DNA of 32,000 nucleotides from Alkalilimnicola ehrlichii MLHE-1. Its GTDB lineage: Bacteria; Pseudomonadota; Gammaproteobacteria; Nitrococcales; Halorhodospiraceae. The DNA lies in NCBI RefSeq assembly GCF_000014785.1, contig NC_008340.1, forward strand, positions 2,760,001 to 2,792,000. The letters are read 5' to 3'. Made by a program: the position numbers and the translations under genes. The notes beneath the pieces were generated by a model. It was not told the DNA's origin. It was given only the letters and a program-made list of their open reading frames with translations, and did not search any database. Shown here piece by piece: positions 1 through 9,920 of this stretch (position 1 is the stretch's first letter; every line of letters begins with the position of its first letter).

Positions 1-675
1 ATGGAGAACAACCTTCTGCCGGGCGAGCACTGGCAGGACGTTCTCTATTACTCGGAAGGCCAACTACCGGACCACGAATTGAAGTGGCTGCCGAGGCCCT
101 GCATGCAATGTGAAGATGCCACCTGCGTCACGGTCTGCCCGACGGGGGCAACCTATAAGGATGCGGAGGCGGGCGGCGTGGTTTTCATCGACTGGGACCG
201 CTGCATCGGCTGCAAATATTGCATCGTGGCCTGCCCCTATGGTGTGCGCTTCTCCACGGCCGAGCTCAAAACGCAGTCGCCGGACATGCGCGAGGTCTTT
301 CCCAGCGGCGACGGCCACACCTGGAATCCGCCCTGGAGGGCGCCGGATTCCCGGGACAACCCCAAACGCGGGATCGGCATCCCGCCGAAGAATGTGGTGA
401 GCAAGTGCACCTTTTGTCATCACCGCACCTCCACCGCCCCCGCCGACACGGCGGATCTCGATCCGAGCAACCCGGACCTGCGCGAGCATACGCCGGCCTG
501 TGTGGTGACCTGCGCCCCCGGGGCCCGTTACTTTGGCGACCTCAACAACCCGAACAGCCAGGTGTCCAAGCTCATCGCAGAGCACAACGGGCAACCGGTG
601 CTGAGTCACCTGAAGAACAAGCCGCAGGTGTATTACCTCGGCCGCAAGCGCGCTTCGCCGTCCCGGAGCAGTTGA
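1..675 (+). CDS. 4Fe-4S ferredoxin-type electron-transfer subunit of a DMSO-reductase-family molybdopterin oxidoreductase (5' truncated by window edge)
   Basis: Cysteine motifs CMQCEDATCVTVCP, CIGCKYCIVACPYGVR, KCTFCHH and CVVTCAPGARYFGDL are typical of NrfC/PsrB/TtrB-like subunits. The N-terminal cluster motif is missing, and MENNLLPG looks like an internal ...CK-MENN segment. Confidence 0.88.
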   Translation: MENNLLPGEHWQDVLYYSEGQLPDHELKWLPRPCMQCEDATCVTVCPTGATYKDAEAGGVVFIDWDRCIGCKYCIVACPYGVRFSTAELKTQSPDMREVFPSGDGHTWNPPWRAPDSRDNPKRGIGIPPKNVVSKCTFCHHRTSTAPADTADLDPSNPDLREHTPACVVTCAPGARYFGDLNNPNSQVSKLIAEHNGQPVLSHLKNKPQVYYLGRKRASPSRSS

Positions 676-676
676 G

Positions 677-1510
677 GTGGGGGTGGATGATACGTCGGGC
701 CTGTCGTTGCAGGGCGAACTGCTCGCCTGCCTTGGGCAGGCGATGCAACCTCCGCGCTCGGATGCGTTCTTCAACGCGTTGCGGGATGGGTTGGTGGACG
801 ATATCGCCGACCTATGCGGGGCACTCGGGGCGGAGTCCGTAGCCGCCGATCTGCCACCGTTGCGTTGCGCGTTGGGCGAGGTGGAGGATCGGGAGTCGTT
901 GCTATTGGCCTACAGCGTGTTGTTTCTCGCGCCCCCGCCCAAGGTGCGCCTCAACCTGGTCCGATTGATGGATGGGGCTTCCAGTGGTGCCGGTCTCGGC
1001 TACCTGGACGAAATGCTGGCCAGGCACCAGCTCAACCTCCGCTCCGAACACCGGGAACTGCCGGATCACCTCACGGTGGTTCTGGAGTTGGCCGCCTGCC
1101 TGATCAGCCGGGGTGAGCAAGGCAATGACCAGGCAGAACGAGACGCCAAGGCCTTGCTGCAACAAATGGTGGCACCGGCAGCCCGACACCTTGCCGAAAC
1201 GGCGGCCGACGTGGAGCAGGCACATGGCCTGCCCAAGGTCTACTCACGGCTGCTGGCGCTGATCGGCACGACCGGCCAGGACCCGGATGGCTGTCTGCTT
1301 CCCGGCACCCGTTCGGTTGCCGGGGAGGCCACCGGTGCGAGCAAATCCGCGCCGGACACCGGCCCAGCCATGGCCGCCTGCGCGCGCTGCGGGACACCTT
1401 TCGTGAGCCTGCGCGACCAGGCGGTGCTGATCGCGCATTTACAGGAGGCGGGAGCGCCGGCCGATCATCTGCACGTCTGTCCCGACTGCCGCACGGGGCC
1501 CGGCGGCTGA
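677..1510 (+). CDS. TorD/DmsD-like molybdoenzyme maturation chaperone with C-terminal CxxC...CxxC motif
   Basis: GTG start directly after the ferredoxin-subunit stop; helical TorD-like body with LLLAYSVLFLAPPPKVRLN; C-terminal CARCGTPF...CPDCR. Confidence 0.72.
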   Translation: MGVDDTSGLSLQGELLACLGQAMQPPRSDAFFNALRDGLVDDIADLCGALGAESVAADLPPLRCALGEVEDRESLLLAYSVLFLAPPPKVRLNLVRLMDGASSGAGLGYLDEMLARHQLNLRSEHRELPDHLTVVLELAACLISRGEQGNDQAERDAKALLQQMVAPAARHLAETAADVEQAHGLPKVYSRLLALIGTTGQDPDGCLLPGTRSVAGEATGASKSAPDTGPAMAACARCGTPFVSLRDQAVLIAHLQEAGAPADHLHVCPDCRTGPGG

Positions 1511-1583
1511 GGGCTTGGCGCGGTGCAGGGCGACACCCCTGGATGCTTCCAGGGAGGCTTCCAGCCCCGGCCAGGGGTGCGGG

Positions 1584-3026
1584 TCACCGGGACTCCACCG
1601 GCAGGCAGCCCTGTGCGGCCAGGCGCAGGCAGGCGTCCACCACCTCCGGGTCGTAGAGCCTGCCGCGCTTGGCGCGCAGTTCGTCCAGCGCCGCGGCCAG
1701 CCCCAGGGCGGGCCGGTAGGGGCGGTGGGAGGAGATGGCCTCGACCACGTCGGCTACGGCCAGAATGCGTGCTTCCAGCAGGATGGCCTCCCCCCGCAGG
1801 CCGTCCGGGTAACCGGAGCCGTCCAGCCGCTCGTGGTGTTGGCGAATGATCTCCGCCACCGGCCAGGGGAACTCGATCCCCTTGATGATCTCGTAGCCGA
1901 CGGCCGGATGGGTCTTGATCATCTCGAACTCGAGGTCACTCAGCCGCCCCGGGCGCGAGAGGATCTCCACGGGGATGGCGACCTTGCCGATGTCGTGGAT
2001 GGCGCCGGCCACATGCAGCCCCTTGCGCCGCGCATCATCCAGGCCCAGTTCCTCGGCGATCACCTCGGCGATCTCGGTGGTGCGCTGCTGGTGGCCGGCG
2101 GTATAGGGATCGCGCACCTCGATGGTGGCGGCGATGGCCTCAATGGTGCGTTCCAGTGACTGCTCCAGCGCCTGCTGGGCCCGCTGACTCTCCGCGCGAT
2201 CCTGCTGGCTGCGGACGCCATAGGCCAGATCACCGGCCAACTCCATCAGCCGTGCCACCTCGTCGGGGTCGGCGAAGGGGGCGGGCCTCCGGCTCTCCAC
2301 CTGCAGGCAGCCCAAGTCGCCCCTGGCGTCCCGCAACGGCAGCAACAGCGTCCGGACACCAGCGTCCGAGGATGCCGGGGCCGGCAACCCCAGGCAGGGA
2401 GCGTCCGGCACCGCCACGTCCTCCGCCTCGGCGACCGGTGGGTAGCAGGGACCGCCGATGAGCATGATCAACGCCCTGGCATAGCCCCCCTTCCGCACCA
2501 GCACGTCATGCATATTGGCCAGCAGGTCGTCCAGGCCATCGGCATGCACCAGGGCCTGGTTGCCAGCGGACAGGGTGCGCAGGGCGCGGGTGCGCTCCGC
2601 CACTAGCGCCTCCAGTCGCTGCTGCGAGGCGTGCAGGGCCAGATGGCTCTGCACCCGCACCAGCACCTCCTCGGCGACGAAGGGCTTGGTGATGTAATCC
2701 ACCGCCCCCACCGCGAAGCCCCGGACCTTGTCGGCGGGCTCGCACAGGGCGCTGAGGAAGATCACGGGGATGTCGTGGCGGGCCGGATCGGCCTTGAGAC
2801 GACGGCAGACCTCGTAGCCGTCCAGGTCCGGCATGCGGATATCCAGCAGGATCAGGTCCGCGGGCCGGGCCTGCACCGAGTCCAACGCCAGCCGGCCGCT
2901 GGGCGCTACCCGGACAGCGTAGCCCCCCTCGCGTAACACGCTGACCATGAGCCGCAGGTTGGCGGGGTTGTCGTCCACCACCAGCACCTCGCCCGAGGCC
3001 TGCGGTTCCGGGGCCGTGGCACTCAT
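1584..3026 (-). CDS. Response regulator with HD-GYP cyclic-di-GMP phosphodiesterase-type output domain (REC, probable GAF-like middle, HD-GYP)
   Basis: REC motifs [29 protein letters not shown] and PFVAEE; HD-GYP motifs HDIGKVAIP and [14 protein letters not shown]. Confidence 0.92.
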   Translation of the reverse strand: MSATAPEPQASGEVLVVDDNPANLRLMVSVLREGGYAVRVAPSGRLALDSVQARPADLILLDIRMPDLDGYEVCRRLKADPARHDIPVIFLSALCEPADKVRGFAVGAVDYITKPFVAEEVLVRVQSHLALHASQQRLEALVAERTRALRTLSAGNQALVHADGLDDLLANMHDVLVRKGGYARALIMLIGGPCYPPVAEAEDVAVPDAPCLGLPAPASSDAGVRTLLLPLRDARGDLGCLQVESRRPAPFADPDEVARLMELAGDLAYGVRSQQDRAESQRAQQALEQSLERTIEAIAATIEVRDPYTAGHQQRTTEIAEVIAEELGLDDARRKGLHVAGAIHDIGKVAIPVEILSRPGRLSDLEFEMIKTHPAVGYEIIKGIEFPWPVAEIIRQHHERLDGSGYPDGLRGEAILLEARILAVADVVEAISSHRPYRPALGLAAALDELRAKRGRLYDPEVVDACLRLAAQGCLPVESR

Positions 3027-4912
3027 GCGCCGCCCCCACCGTTGAGCGCCGTGAGGATCTCCTGATAGCGGAAGGCCTGGACCTGGGCCCGCAGCGCCGG
3101 GGCCAGCACCGCGTCCTGCTCCCCGATGTCACGCACCAGGGCCTCCAGGGCATCCAGATCGCCGGCGCGGAGCGCCTGCGCCAGCGCCCGGCGCTGATCC
3201 GCCGGGAGGGCCTGCAGGCGCTGGCCGAAGTCCTCCGGGACGCGATCCGCCGGGTGAACCTCGGCCGGGGGCTCCGGCGTCCCCTCAGCGTAGCGGTAGT
3301 TCAAGCCCAGGTGCCGGCGCGGCGCCGGCTGGCGCTCCCGCTCCTCGTCCACTGCCGGCACCAGTGGCAGGCTCACCGTGAACCGGGAACCCTCGCCGGA
3401 GGTGCTCTCCAGGCCAATCTCCCCGCCCATCAGCTCGACGAACTCGCGGGTGATGGGCAGCCCAAGGCCGGTGCCCTCGGTGGTGCCCACCCGGCCGCTC
3501 TGCACGAAGGGCTCGAAGACCCGGTCCTGGTCCTCCACAGGGATCCCGCGACCGGTGTCGGCGACCGCCAGCAGCAGGCCATCGTGACCCCCGCTCGGCT
3601 CCGCGGACTGGCGCCGGGCGCTGAGCACGACCCGGCCGGCGTCGGTGTACTTGACCGCGTTGCTGACCAAGTTGATAAGGATCTGGCGCAGTTTGCGGCC
3701 GTCGCTGAGGATGTGGCGCGGCAGGTCCTCCGCCACCTCCAGGGTCAGGGTCAGGCCCTTGCCCTCCGCCCGGTGGCGCAGGGCCTCCACCGCATCCTCG
3801 AGCGTGCGCGGCAGGTCCACCACGCCCTCCTCCAGGGTCTGGCGTCCGGACTCGATCTTGGCCATGTCCAGGACATCGTTGATCAGCGACAGCAGGTGCT
3901 CGCCGTTGCGCTCCACGAAACCGAGCTGTTCGCGCTGGTCTGGGGTGGCCTGCGGGGCCTGTCCCGCCAGGCGGGCGAAGCCGAGAATGGCGTTGAGCGG
4001 CGTGCGCAGTTCGTGGCTCATGTTGGCCAGGAAGACGCTCTTGGCGCGGTTGGCCTCTTCGGCCGACTGACGCGCCTGCTCCAGTTCGGCGGTCCGCTCC
4101 CGCACCCGCTGCTCCAGGCCTTCGTTCAGTCGTTGGATCTCCCGCGTGGCCGCGTGCTGGAAGCGGGCATCACGCAGCACCCGTTGGCCGCTGTACCCCA
4201 GCCCCAGCAGGCCGAGCAGCCAGATGCCGGCGAAGGCGCCCAGGGTCCGGCCCATGGCCACCTCCTCGTGCGCCTGATAGCCGGACAGGGGCACGGCCAC
4301 CGAGACCCCACCGCGGATGTCCCCCACCTGATAGCCCTGGTGGGCATGGCACTGGAGGCACCCCCGGTCGGTCTCCATGGGGGCCATATAGCGCAGGTAG
4401 GGTTCCTGCTCGATGTAGGCCACCTCCAGGCGTTCGTCGACCCCGTCCTCGAAGGCCTCCAGGGCATCGCGCTCCCAGTCGTCGGGGGCGTTCTCGGGCC
4501 GCAGCGGATCGAGGCTGGTGATGTTGCCGCGCACGCCGAAGAGATCGCCGAACTGCTCGTTGAGCTGGCGCAGCATGTAGGCGGGGTTCATCAGGGTCAG
4601 CTCCTGACCGCCGGGGGTGGTGATATCCCGTTCGGGCAGATGGGCCAGGTAGGGGTTGCGCGGGGTCTGGTCACTGACCGGCACATAGACACCGCCGTGC
4701 AGGGTGCCCCAGAAGCGGAAGGCCTGGTCCTTGTTGAAGTTGGCCCGGGCCTCCTGGTAGGCCAGCTCCACGGTCAGGCCCTGGAAGTGCCCCACCAGCC
4801 ACCAGGACAGGCCACCAAAGGTGGCCGTCCAGCCCGCCAGCGCCAGCACCAGGTACAGACGCAGCCGGCGGATGCGGCGATCAGCGCCTTCGCGGGTGGC
4901 CGGGGCAGGCAT
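3023..4912 (-). CDS. Membrane sensor histidine kinase with periplasmic heme-binding-like (Tll0287/DUF3365-like) sensor domain
   Basis: N-terminal TM segment; periplasmic [13 protein letters not shown] (CxxCH); [20 protein letters not shown]-box; LVSNAVKYT and VADTGRGIP ATPase motifs. Four-base overlap with the downstream regulator. Confidence 0.9.
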   Translation of the reverse strand: MPAPATREGADRRIRRLRLYLVLALAGWTATFGGLSWWLVGHFQGLTVELAYQEARANFNKDQAFRFWGTLHGGVYVPVSDQTPRNPYLAHLPERDITTPGGQELTLMNPAYMLRQLNEQFGDLFGVRGNITSLDPLRPENAPDDWERDALEAFEDGVDERLEVAYIEQEPYLRYMAPMETDRGCLQCHAHQGYQVGDIRGGVSVAVPLSGYQAHEEVAMGRTLGAFAGIWLLGLLGLGYSGQRVLRDARFQHAATREIQRLNEGLEQRVRERTAELEQARQSAEEANRAKSVFLANMSHELRTPLNAILGFARLAGQAPQATPDQREQLGFVERNGEHLLSLINDVLDMAKIESGRQTLEEGVVDLPRTLEDAVEALRHRAEGKGLTLTLEVAEDLPRHILSDGRKLRQILINLVSNAVKYTDAGRVVLSARRQSAEPSGGHDGLLLAVADTGRGIPVEDQDRVFEPFVQSGRVGTTEGTGLGLPITREFVELMGGEIGLESTSGEGSRFTVSLPLVPAVDEERERQPAPRRHLGLNYRYAEGTPEPPAEVHPADRVPEDFGQRLQALPADQRRALAQALRAGDLDALEALVRDIGEQDAVLAPALRAQVQAFRYQEILTALNGGGGA

Positions 4913-4982
4913 TAGGGCGTTCCATCCCGTTTGCGGTGTCTATCCCTATTCTAGCAAGGGGTTTTTGCGGCGGATACCGGGG

Positions 4983-5297
4983 TCACTCCTCCGTGCGAAG
5001 CGCACCACAGTTCCAGCAGGCGTCAAACTGTCCGCCCAGGGTCTCGCCGCACCGCGGGCAGGTCCAGTCGGGCCCGGGATCGGCCTCGCGGGCCTTGAGC
5101 TCCTGCAGCAGGGTCCGTGCGCGCTGCTCATCCTCGTCGGCCACCCAGATCTCCGGCCAAACCTCGTTCACCGGCAGCTCGCCGGCCCCGCCGCCAAGAA
5201 ATTCGTTACGCAGTTGGCAGGGGATGCCGGCGTCCTCCAGCGCCTGGCGGTAGCGCTCCACCAGCATCCGGTTCTCAACACTGAAGACCCGCTTCAT
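4983..5297 (-). CDS. Small DUF2007-like putative signal-transducing protein with C-terminal zinc ribbon
   Basis: Start assigned at MKRVFSVENRMLVERYRQALEDAGIPCQLRNEF, internal to the tracked ORF ending at 5393; C-terminal CPRCGE...CWNCG. Confidence 0.7.
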   Translation of the reverse strand: MKRVFSVENRMLVERYRQALEDAGIPCQLRNEFLGGGAGELPVNEVWPEIWVADEDEQRARTLLQELKAREADPGPDWTCPRCGETLGGQFDACWNCGALRTEE

Positions 5298-5680
5298 CCG
5301 GCCACCCCCGCGGCGATGAACAGCCCCAGGATGCAGGCAAAGGCCGCCATCCAGACCAGGCTGCGCAGGCCAGGGCGGTCGCCGATATAGCATAGGCCGT
5401 AGAGCAATCGCAGGAGAATGAAGAGGACCGCCAGGGTGTCCACGGCACCCTGGGCGGCACCCACCTGGTGGGCGATGATCACCGCGGCGGCGAAGGGCGG
5501 AAAGGCCTCGAACTGGTTCTGCTGGGCCCAGTTGGCCCGCTGGCGCCAGCCCTCCAGCGCCGCCAGGTAGGCGCGGGGCGTGCGGTTATCGAACCCCGGC
5601 CCGCCGCCGAATTTGGCCGCACCGGCAAAGACAAACGGCAGCAGCGCCGCCGCCAGGACCATCCAGTAGCCAAGGGTCAT
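5294..5680 (-). CDS. MAPEG family integral membrane protein
   Basis: About 128 aa with several hydrophobic helices; NRTPRAYLAALEGWRQRANWAQQNQFEAFPPFAAAVIIA and YIGDRPGLRSLVW are MAPEG-like. Confidence 0.75.
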   Translation of the reverse strand: MTLGYWMVLAAALLPFVFAGAAKFGGGPGFDNRTPRAYLAALEGWRQRANWAQQNQFEAFPPFAAAVIIAHQVGAAQGAVDTLAVLFILLRLLYGLCYIGDRPGLRSLVWMAAFACILGLFIAAGVAG

Positions 5681-5733
5681 CGGGCCTCCTCCCGCGACGG
5701 GTGCCGACGGCGATGCGACCGCCGGCGCCCGGA

Positions 5734-6609
5734 TCAGCGCCTGCGGACCGGGATGTGGTCCGCCCTGATGCTGACGGTATCACCTTCGCGCCGCTGGGGC
5801 AGGCCCTCGCTGGCCCAGGCGTGGCCGTAGACCACCTCCCAACTGGCGGGGATGCGGCCGTCCGGCCCCCGGTAGGCCGCCTCGTAGGCCTGGCACATGG
5901 CCTGCAGCCGGCGCCGGGTGGTGAGACCACGGCCCCGTCCGCTTGCGGCGTTACGCGCCCCCAGGCCGCGCAGGTCGTGCAGCACCCCCATGGGGTCCCC
6001 GTAAGTCAGGGTGAACGACTCCATGTCCATCACCGGGTCGGCGAAGCGGGCCTGCACCAGGGCGTCCCCCACGTCGTGCATATCGATAAATTCGTGCACA
6101 TGGGGCTTGTCATCCACCTGCGCCCAGGCCGCGCGCAGCTCCTTCAGCGTGTCCGGGCCAAAGCTGGAGAACATCAGCAGCCCGCCGGGCCGCAGGACCC
6201 GCTGGAACTCGGCGAAGACCCGGTGCAGGTCCGGCATCCACTGCAGGGCGAGGTTGGAGAACACCATATCGACGCTCTCCGCAGCCAGCGGCAGGCGCTC
6301 GGCGTCGCCGCAGAGGGTGCGGATCGGCCGTAGCCAGCGGCCCCGGCGCCGGGTGGCCCGGAGCATGCTGGGGGCATGGTCCAGGCCAATCACCCGCGCC
6401 TTGCGGTAGTGATCCTGCAGTGCCCGGGTGCAGAAGCCGGTGCCACAGCCCACATCGACGATGATCGCGGGCTGCATCAGGATGACGTGCAGGCGCTCCA
6501 TCAACCGCTCGCCGACTTCCCGTTGGAGTACGGCGACCTGGTCATAGCTGTCGGCGGCCCGGTGGAAGTTACGGCGGACCTGGCGCTTGTCGAGAGGGGT
6601 TCGAGTCAT
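5734..6609 (-). CDS. bioC: Malonyl-[acyl-carrier protein] O-methyltransferase BioC
   Basis: Start at MTRTPLDKRQVRRNFHRAADSYDQVAVLQREVGERL; SAM motif VDVGCGTGFCTRAL; NLALQWMPDLHRVFAEFQRVLRPGG. Overlaps bioH by four bases; the tracked ORF extension to 7404 is read-through of the bioH region. Confidence 0.93.
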   Translation of the reverse strand: MTRTPLDKRQVRRNFHRAADSYDQVAVLQREVGERLMERLHVILMQPAIIVDVGCGTGFCTRALQDHYRKARVIGLDHAPSMLRATRRRGRWLRPIRTLCGDAERLPLAAESVDMVFSNLALQWMPDLHRVFAEFQRVLRPGGLLMFSSFGPDTLKELRAAWAQVDDKPHVHEFIDMHDVGDALVQARFADPVMDMESFTLTYGDPMGVLHDLRGLGARNAASGRGRGLTTRRRLQAMCQAYEAAYRGPDGRIPASWEVVYGHAWASEGLPQRREGDTVSIRADHIPVRRR

Positions 6610-7367
6610 GGTCGGCATTGCTGACTGAGGAGGTGAAGGTGACCGGCAACCCACTCGGGGTGGGTCAGGAACGGCAGATGGCCGGCCTCGGGATGATACG
6701 CCATCCGCGCCCGGGGCATCGCCCGGGCGGCCTCTTTGGCGGCACCGTCGGGGACAAGCGGATCGCGACCACCGGCAAGCCAGGTGGTCGGGCGGTCGAT
6801 GGCGGCCAGCCGGCCGCGCAGGTCGGTGTCGCGCAGCAGGCTCAGGCCCGGCTCCAGGGCCGTCGCCGGACCGGGGCCACGGCGCCGCCACGGGCGCAGC
6901 GCCTCGCGGTCCCCGGCCCCCGCCCGGCCCAACAGGGCGTGGAAGCCACGGAGGGTCCGGCGCGCGTCCTCCGCCAGCCCTCCGATCATGGCATCCAGCT
7001 CCTCCCGGAGCAGGCCGTAAGGCCAACCGTCCCGTTGGCAGAAGCAGGGGGTGGCGGCGAGGAGCAGCAGCGCTCGGGGTCGCGCGCCCCGGGCAGCGGC
7101 GGCCAGCAGCGGCAGGGCCCCCAGCGACCAGCCCACCCAGATGGCGTCCTCGGGGACCGCCAGGCGGACGGCGTCGGCCCAAGCCTCCAGGCCGGCATCC
7201 GCTGGCAGTGGCGCGCTCCCACCATGCCCCGGCAGGTCCGTTCGGGTGACCCGCCAACGCTGCGTCAGGCGGGGCAGCCAGGGGTCGAAGACCCGGTGGT
7301 CGAAGCCCCAGCCGTGAACCAGCACCAGGCCCTCCGGGCCCCGCCCTTCGGTGACCGCACGCATCAT
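6606..7367 (-). CDS. bioH: Pimeloyl-ACP methyl ester esterase BioH (alpha/beta hydrolase)
   Basis: VLVHGWGFDHRVFDPW, GWSLGAL nucleophile elbow, PEAGHLPFLTHPE; located between bioF and bioC. Confidence 0.9.
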   Translation of the reverse strand: MMRAVTEGRGPEGLVLVHGWGFDHRVFDPWLPRLTQRWRVTRTDLPGHGGSAPLPADAGLEAWADAVRLAVPEDAIWVGWSLGALPLLAAAARGARPRALLLLAATPCFCQRDGWPYGLLREELDAMIGGLAEDARRTLRGFHALLGRAGAGDREALRPWRRRGPGPATALEPGLSLLRDTDLRGRLAAIDRPTTWLAGGRDPLVPDGAAKEAARAMPRARMAYHPEAGHLPFLTHPEWVAGHLHLLSQQCRP

Positions 7368-8539
7368 TGGCCCAGGACCTGTCCCAGCGCAGCCACCAGG
7401 CCATCCACCTGCTGGGGCGTGTGGGCGGCGCTGAGGGTGACGCGCAGGCGGGCGGTGCCCTTGGGGACAGTGGGGGGCCGGATGGCGGTGACCAGGTAGC
7501 CGCGCTCCTCCAGCGCGCGGCTGGCCTGTAACGCCTGATCGGCCTCGCCCACCACGATCGGCTGGATAGGGGTCTCGGAGGGCATCAGATCCAGTCCCAA
7601 GTCGGCGATGCCCGCCCGGAAGCGCCGGACCAGGGCGCGCAGGTGTTCGCGCCGCCAGGTTTCGTGGCGGGCCAGGCGCACCGCCTCGACGGTGGCAGCG
7701 GTCTGGGCCGGGGACGGCGCGGTGGTGTAGATCCAGGTGCGCGCGGATTGGACCAGGTGGTCGATCAGGAGCCGGCGGCCGGCAACGAAGGCGCCGAAGC
7801 TGCCCACGGCCTTGCCCAGGGTACCGACCAGCACGGGCACATCGTCCTGATCCAGTCCGCTCTGTTCCAACAGCCCGCCGCCCTTCTCGCCCAGTACCCC
7901 CAGGCCATGGGCGTCGTCCACCATGAGCCAGGCACCGTGGTCCCGTGCCAGGCGGGCCAGCTCCGCCACCGGGGCGCGGTCGCCGTCCATGCTGAAGACA
8001 CCATCGGTGACGATCAGCCGGTGCCGCCCGCCATCCTCCGCGAGCCGCCGGGCCAGGTGGTCCACATCACCATGGCGGTAGCGGCGCAGCCGGGCGCCCG
8101 ACAGCCGGGCACCGTCCAGCAGCGAGGCGTGGTTAAGGCGGTCCTCGAACACGGTATCGCCGCGGCCCACGAGGGCGTCGATGACGCCGAGGTTGGCCAT
8201 GTATCCGGTGGAGAAGAGCAGTGCGGCCTCGCGGCCGGTCCAGTCGGCCAGGGCCCGTTCCAGCGCTTCGTGCTCCGGGCGGTGGCCACTGACCAGATGG
8301 GCGGCGCCGCTACCGGCACCCTGCTCTTCGGCCACCCGGGCCATGACCCGGCCGGGACGCGGATCGCTGGCCAGCCCGAGGTAGTCGTTGGCGCAGAAGA
8401 CGACGACGGTCCGGCCGTCGGCGGTGAGACCGCAGGCCCCGTCGACGCTCTTGAGCACGCGCGGGCTGCGGTAAAGCCCCTCCGCCCGGCGGGCGGCCAG
8501 GCCCTCGGACAGCATCCGGCTCAGGGCGCCGGCGTTCAT
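7364..8539 (-). CDS. bioF: 8-amino-7-oxononanoate synthase
   Basis: [67 protein letters not shown]. Overlaps bioH and bioB by four bases. Confidence 0.95.
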   Translation of the reverse strand: MNAGALSRMLSEGLAARRAEGLYRSPRVLKSVDGACGLTADGRTVVVFCANDYLGLASDPRPGRVMARVAEEQGAGSGAAHLVSGHRPEHEALERALADWTGREAALLFSTGYMANLGVIDALVGRGDTVFEDRLNHASLLDGARLSGARLRRYRHGDVDHLARRLAEDGGRHRLIVTDGVFSMDGDRAPVAELARLARDHGAWLMVDDAHGLGVLGEKGGGLLEQSGLDQDDVPVLVGTLGKAVGSFGAFVAGRRLLIDHLVQSARTWIYTTAPSPAQTAATVEAVRLARHETWRREHLRALVRRFRAGIADLGLDLMPSETPIQPIVVGEADQALQASRALEERGYLVTAIRPPTVPKGTARLRVTLSAAHTPQQVDGLVAALGQVLGQ

Positions 8540-9531
8540 CCCAGGTCCTCGGCCTCGGCCTGGGCGCAGGCGTGCGCCTCAAACCCCATGCCCAGACGGG
8601 CCAGCAGGCGGCGGTCCTTGTCGGCCTCCGGGTTGCCGGTGGTGAGCAGCTTGTCGCCGTAGAAGATGCTGTTGGCGCCGGCCAGGAAGCAGAGGGCCTG
8701 CAGTTCGTCGGACATCTGCTCGCGGCCGGCGGAGAGGCGGACGTAGCTGGCCGGCATGAGGATGCGGGCGACGGCGATGGTGCGGACGAATTCGAAGGGG
8801 TCGGGGGGCTCGACGCCGTGCAGCGGGGTGCCGGGGACCTGGACGAGCTGGTTGATGGGGACGCTCTGCGGCTGCACCGGCAGGCTGGCCAGGGTACGCA
8901 GCAGTTCGGCGCGGTCCTGGCGGGTTTCGCCCATGCCGATGATGCCGCCGCAGCAGGTCTTGAGGCCGGCGTCGCGCACCCGGGCGAGGGTGTCGAGGCG
9001 GTCCTGGTAGCTGCGGGTGGTGATGATTTCGTCGTAGTAGTCCTCGGAGGTGTCGAGGTTGTGGTTGTAGTAGTCGAGCCCGGCCTCGCGCAGGCGTTCG
9101 GCCTGGCCGTCGCGGAGCATGCCGAGGGTGAGGCAGGTCTCGAGGCCCAGGGCCTTGACCTCGCGCACCATGGCCTCGACGGTCTCCAGGTCGCGGTCTT
9201 TGGGCGAGCGCCAGGCGGCGCCCATACAGAAGCGGGTAGCACCGGCGTCCCGGGCCCGGCGGGCGGCCGCCACCACCTCTTCCACGGCCAGGATTTGCTC
9301 GCGTTCCAGGCCGGTGTCGTAGCGCACGCTCTGGGGGCAGTATTTGCAGTCCTCCGGGCAGGCGCCGGTCTTGATGCTGAGCAGGGTGCTGACCTGGACG
9401 GTGTTGGGGTCGAAGTGGGCCCGGTGGGTGGTCTGGGCTTGGTGGAGCAGGTCGTTGAAGGGCTGCTCGAACAGGGCCAGGACTTCGTCTTTAGACCAGT
9501 CGTGGCGGGGTGTTTGGGTTGTGGCGGTCAT
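8536..9531 (-). CDS. bioB: Biotin synthase (radical SAM)
   Basis: Start at [29 protein letters not shown]; [33 protein letters not shown]. The upstream part of the tracked ORF is translated hairpin-element DNA. Confidence 0.96.
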   Translation of the reverse strand: MTATTQTPRHDWSKDEVLALFEQPFNDLLHQAQTTHRAHFDPNTVQVSTLLSIKTGACPEDCKYCPQSVRYDTGLEREQILAVEEVVAAARRARDAGATRFCMGAAWRSPKDRDLETVEAMVREVKALGLETCLTLGMLRDGQAERLREAGLDYYNHNLDTSEDYYDEIITTRSYQDRLDTLARVRDAGLKTCCGGIIGMGETRQDRAELLRTLASLPVQPQSVPINQLVQVPGTPLHGVEPPDPFEFVRTIAVARILMPASYVRLSAGREQMSDELQALCFLAGANSIFYGDKLLTTGNPEADKDRRLLARLGMGFEAHACAQAEAEDLG

Positions 9532-9571
9532 TGATTTGGTGGCTCCCATGCTCTTGGTGGCTCCCGGCTGG

Positions 9572-9771
9572 GTTGGCTTGAGGGGGCGGGCGCGGTTTCG
9601 GTCGGGCCGACTTTTGCGCACCGAGCAACGCAACAAAATGTCGGAGAAAAGGCGCGCCTGTCCGAGCGAAGCGAGTTCGCGCCGCCGACATTTTGTGAGT
9701 AGCGCAGGGAACCCCGAAGGGGTGCGCAATCGGAGGCCCGACCGAAACCGCGCCCGCCCCCTCAAGCCAAC
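9572..9771 (+). repeat. Hairpin element copy A: 126-bp core (9609-9734) flanked by 37-bp perfect inverted arms
   Basis: Arm gttggcttgagggggcgggcgcggtttcggtcgggcc (9572-9608) is the exact reverse complement of 9735-9771. Core starts gacttttgcgcaccgagcaacgc and ends ggggtgcgcaatcgga. Confidence 0.95.
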
Positions 9772-9814
9772 ACGGCAACGTCCCGATCAGCGAATCCTAT
9801 CACCGCGCGACTCA

Positions 9815-9848
9815 CCGTCAACCTCATTGCAGTTGCTTCGGTTTACCA
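9815..9848. promoter_or_regulatory. Probable BirA operator in the bioB/comF divergent region
   Basis: ccgtcaacc-N16-ggtttacca compared with the E. coli bio operator TTGTAAACC-N16-GGTTTACAA: 6/9 and 8/9 half-site matches with the same 16-nt spacing. Confidence 0.6.
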
Positions 9849-9920
9849 CCAATTTTCATTAAAGGGGCCGATCGGTGGCGCTACACTGGGTGGGGTCACT
9901 CGGATGAACGGAGCAATGCC

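Noticed and set aside
6610-7404. BioC as part of a long 556-aa fusion protein
   Set aside because: The extra N-terminal region is the off-frame read of bioH. A BioC start with a four-base overlap at 6606-6609 is the normal arrangement.
9532-9765. N-terminal extension of BioB in the tracked ORF
   Set aside because: The extra residues ([29 protein letters not shown]...SVRKSRP) are also produced from the other two element copies. They are translated repeat DNA, and the BioB start fits at 9531.
9572-9771. Copy A as a simple Rho-independent terminator
   Set aside because: It lies between divergently transcribed bioB and comF, so it terminates neither, and the 37-bp arms with a structured 126-bp core lack a terminal U tract.
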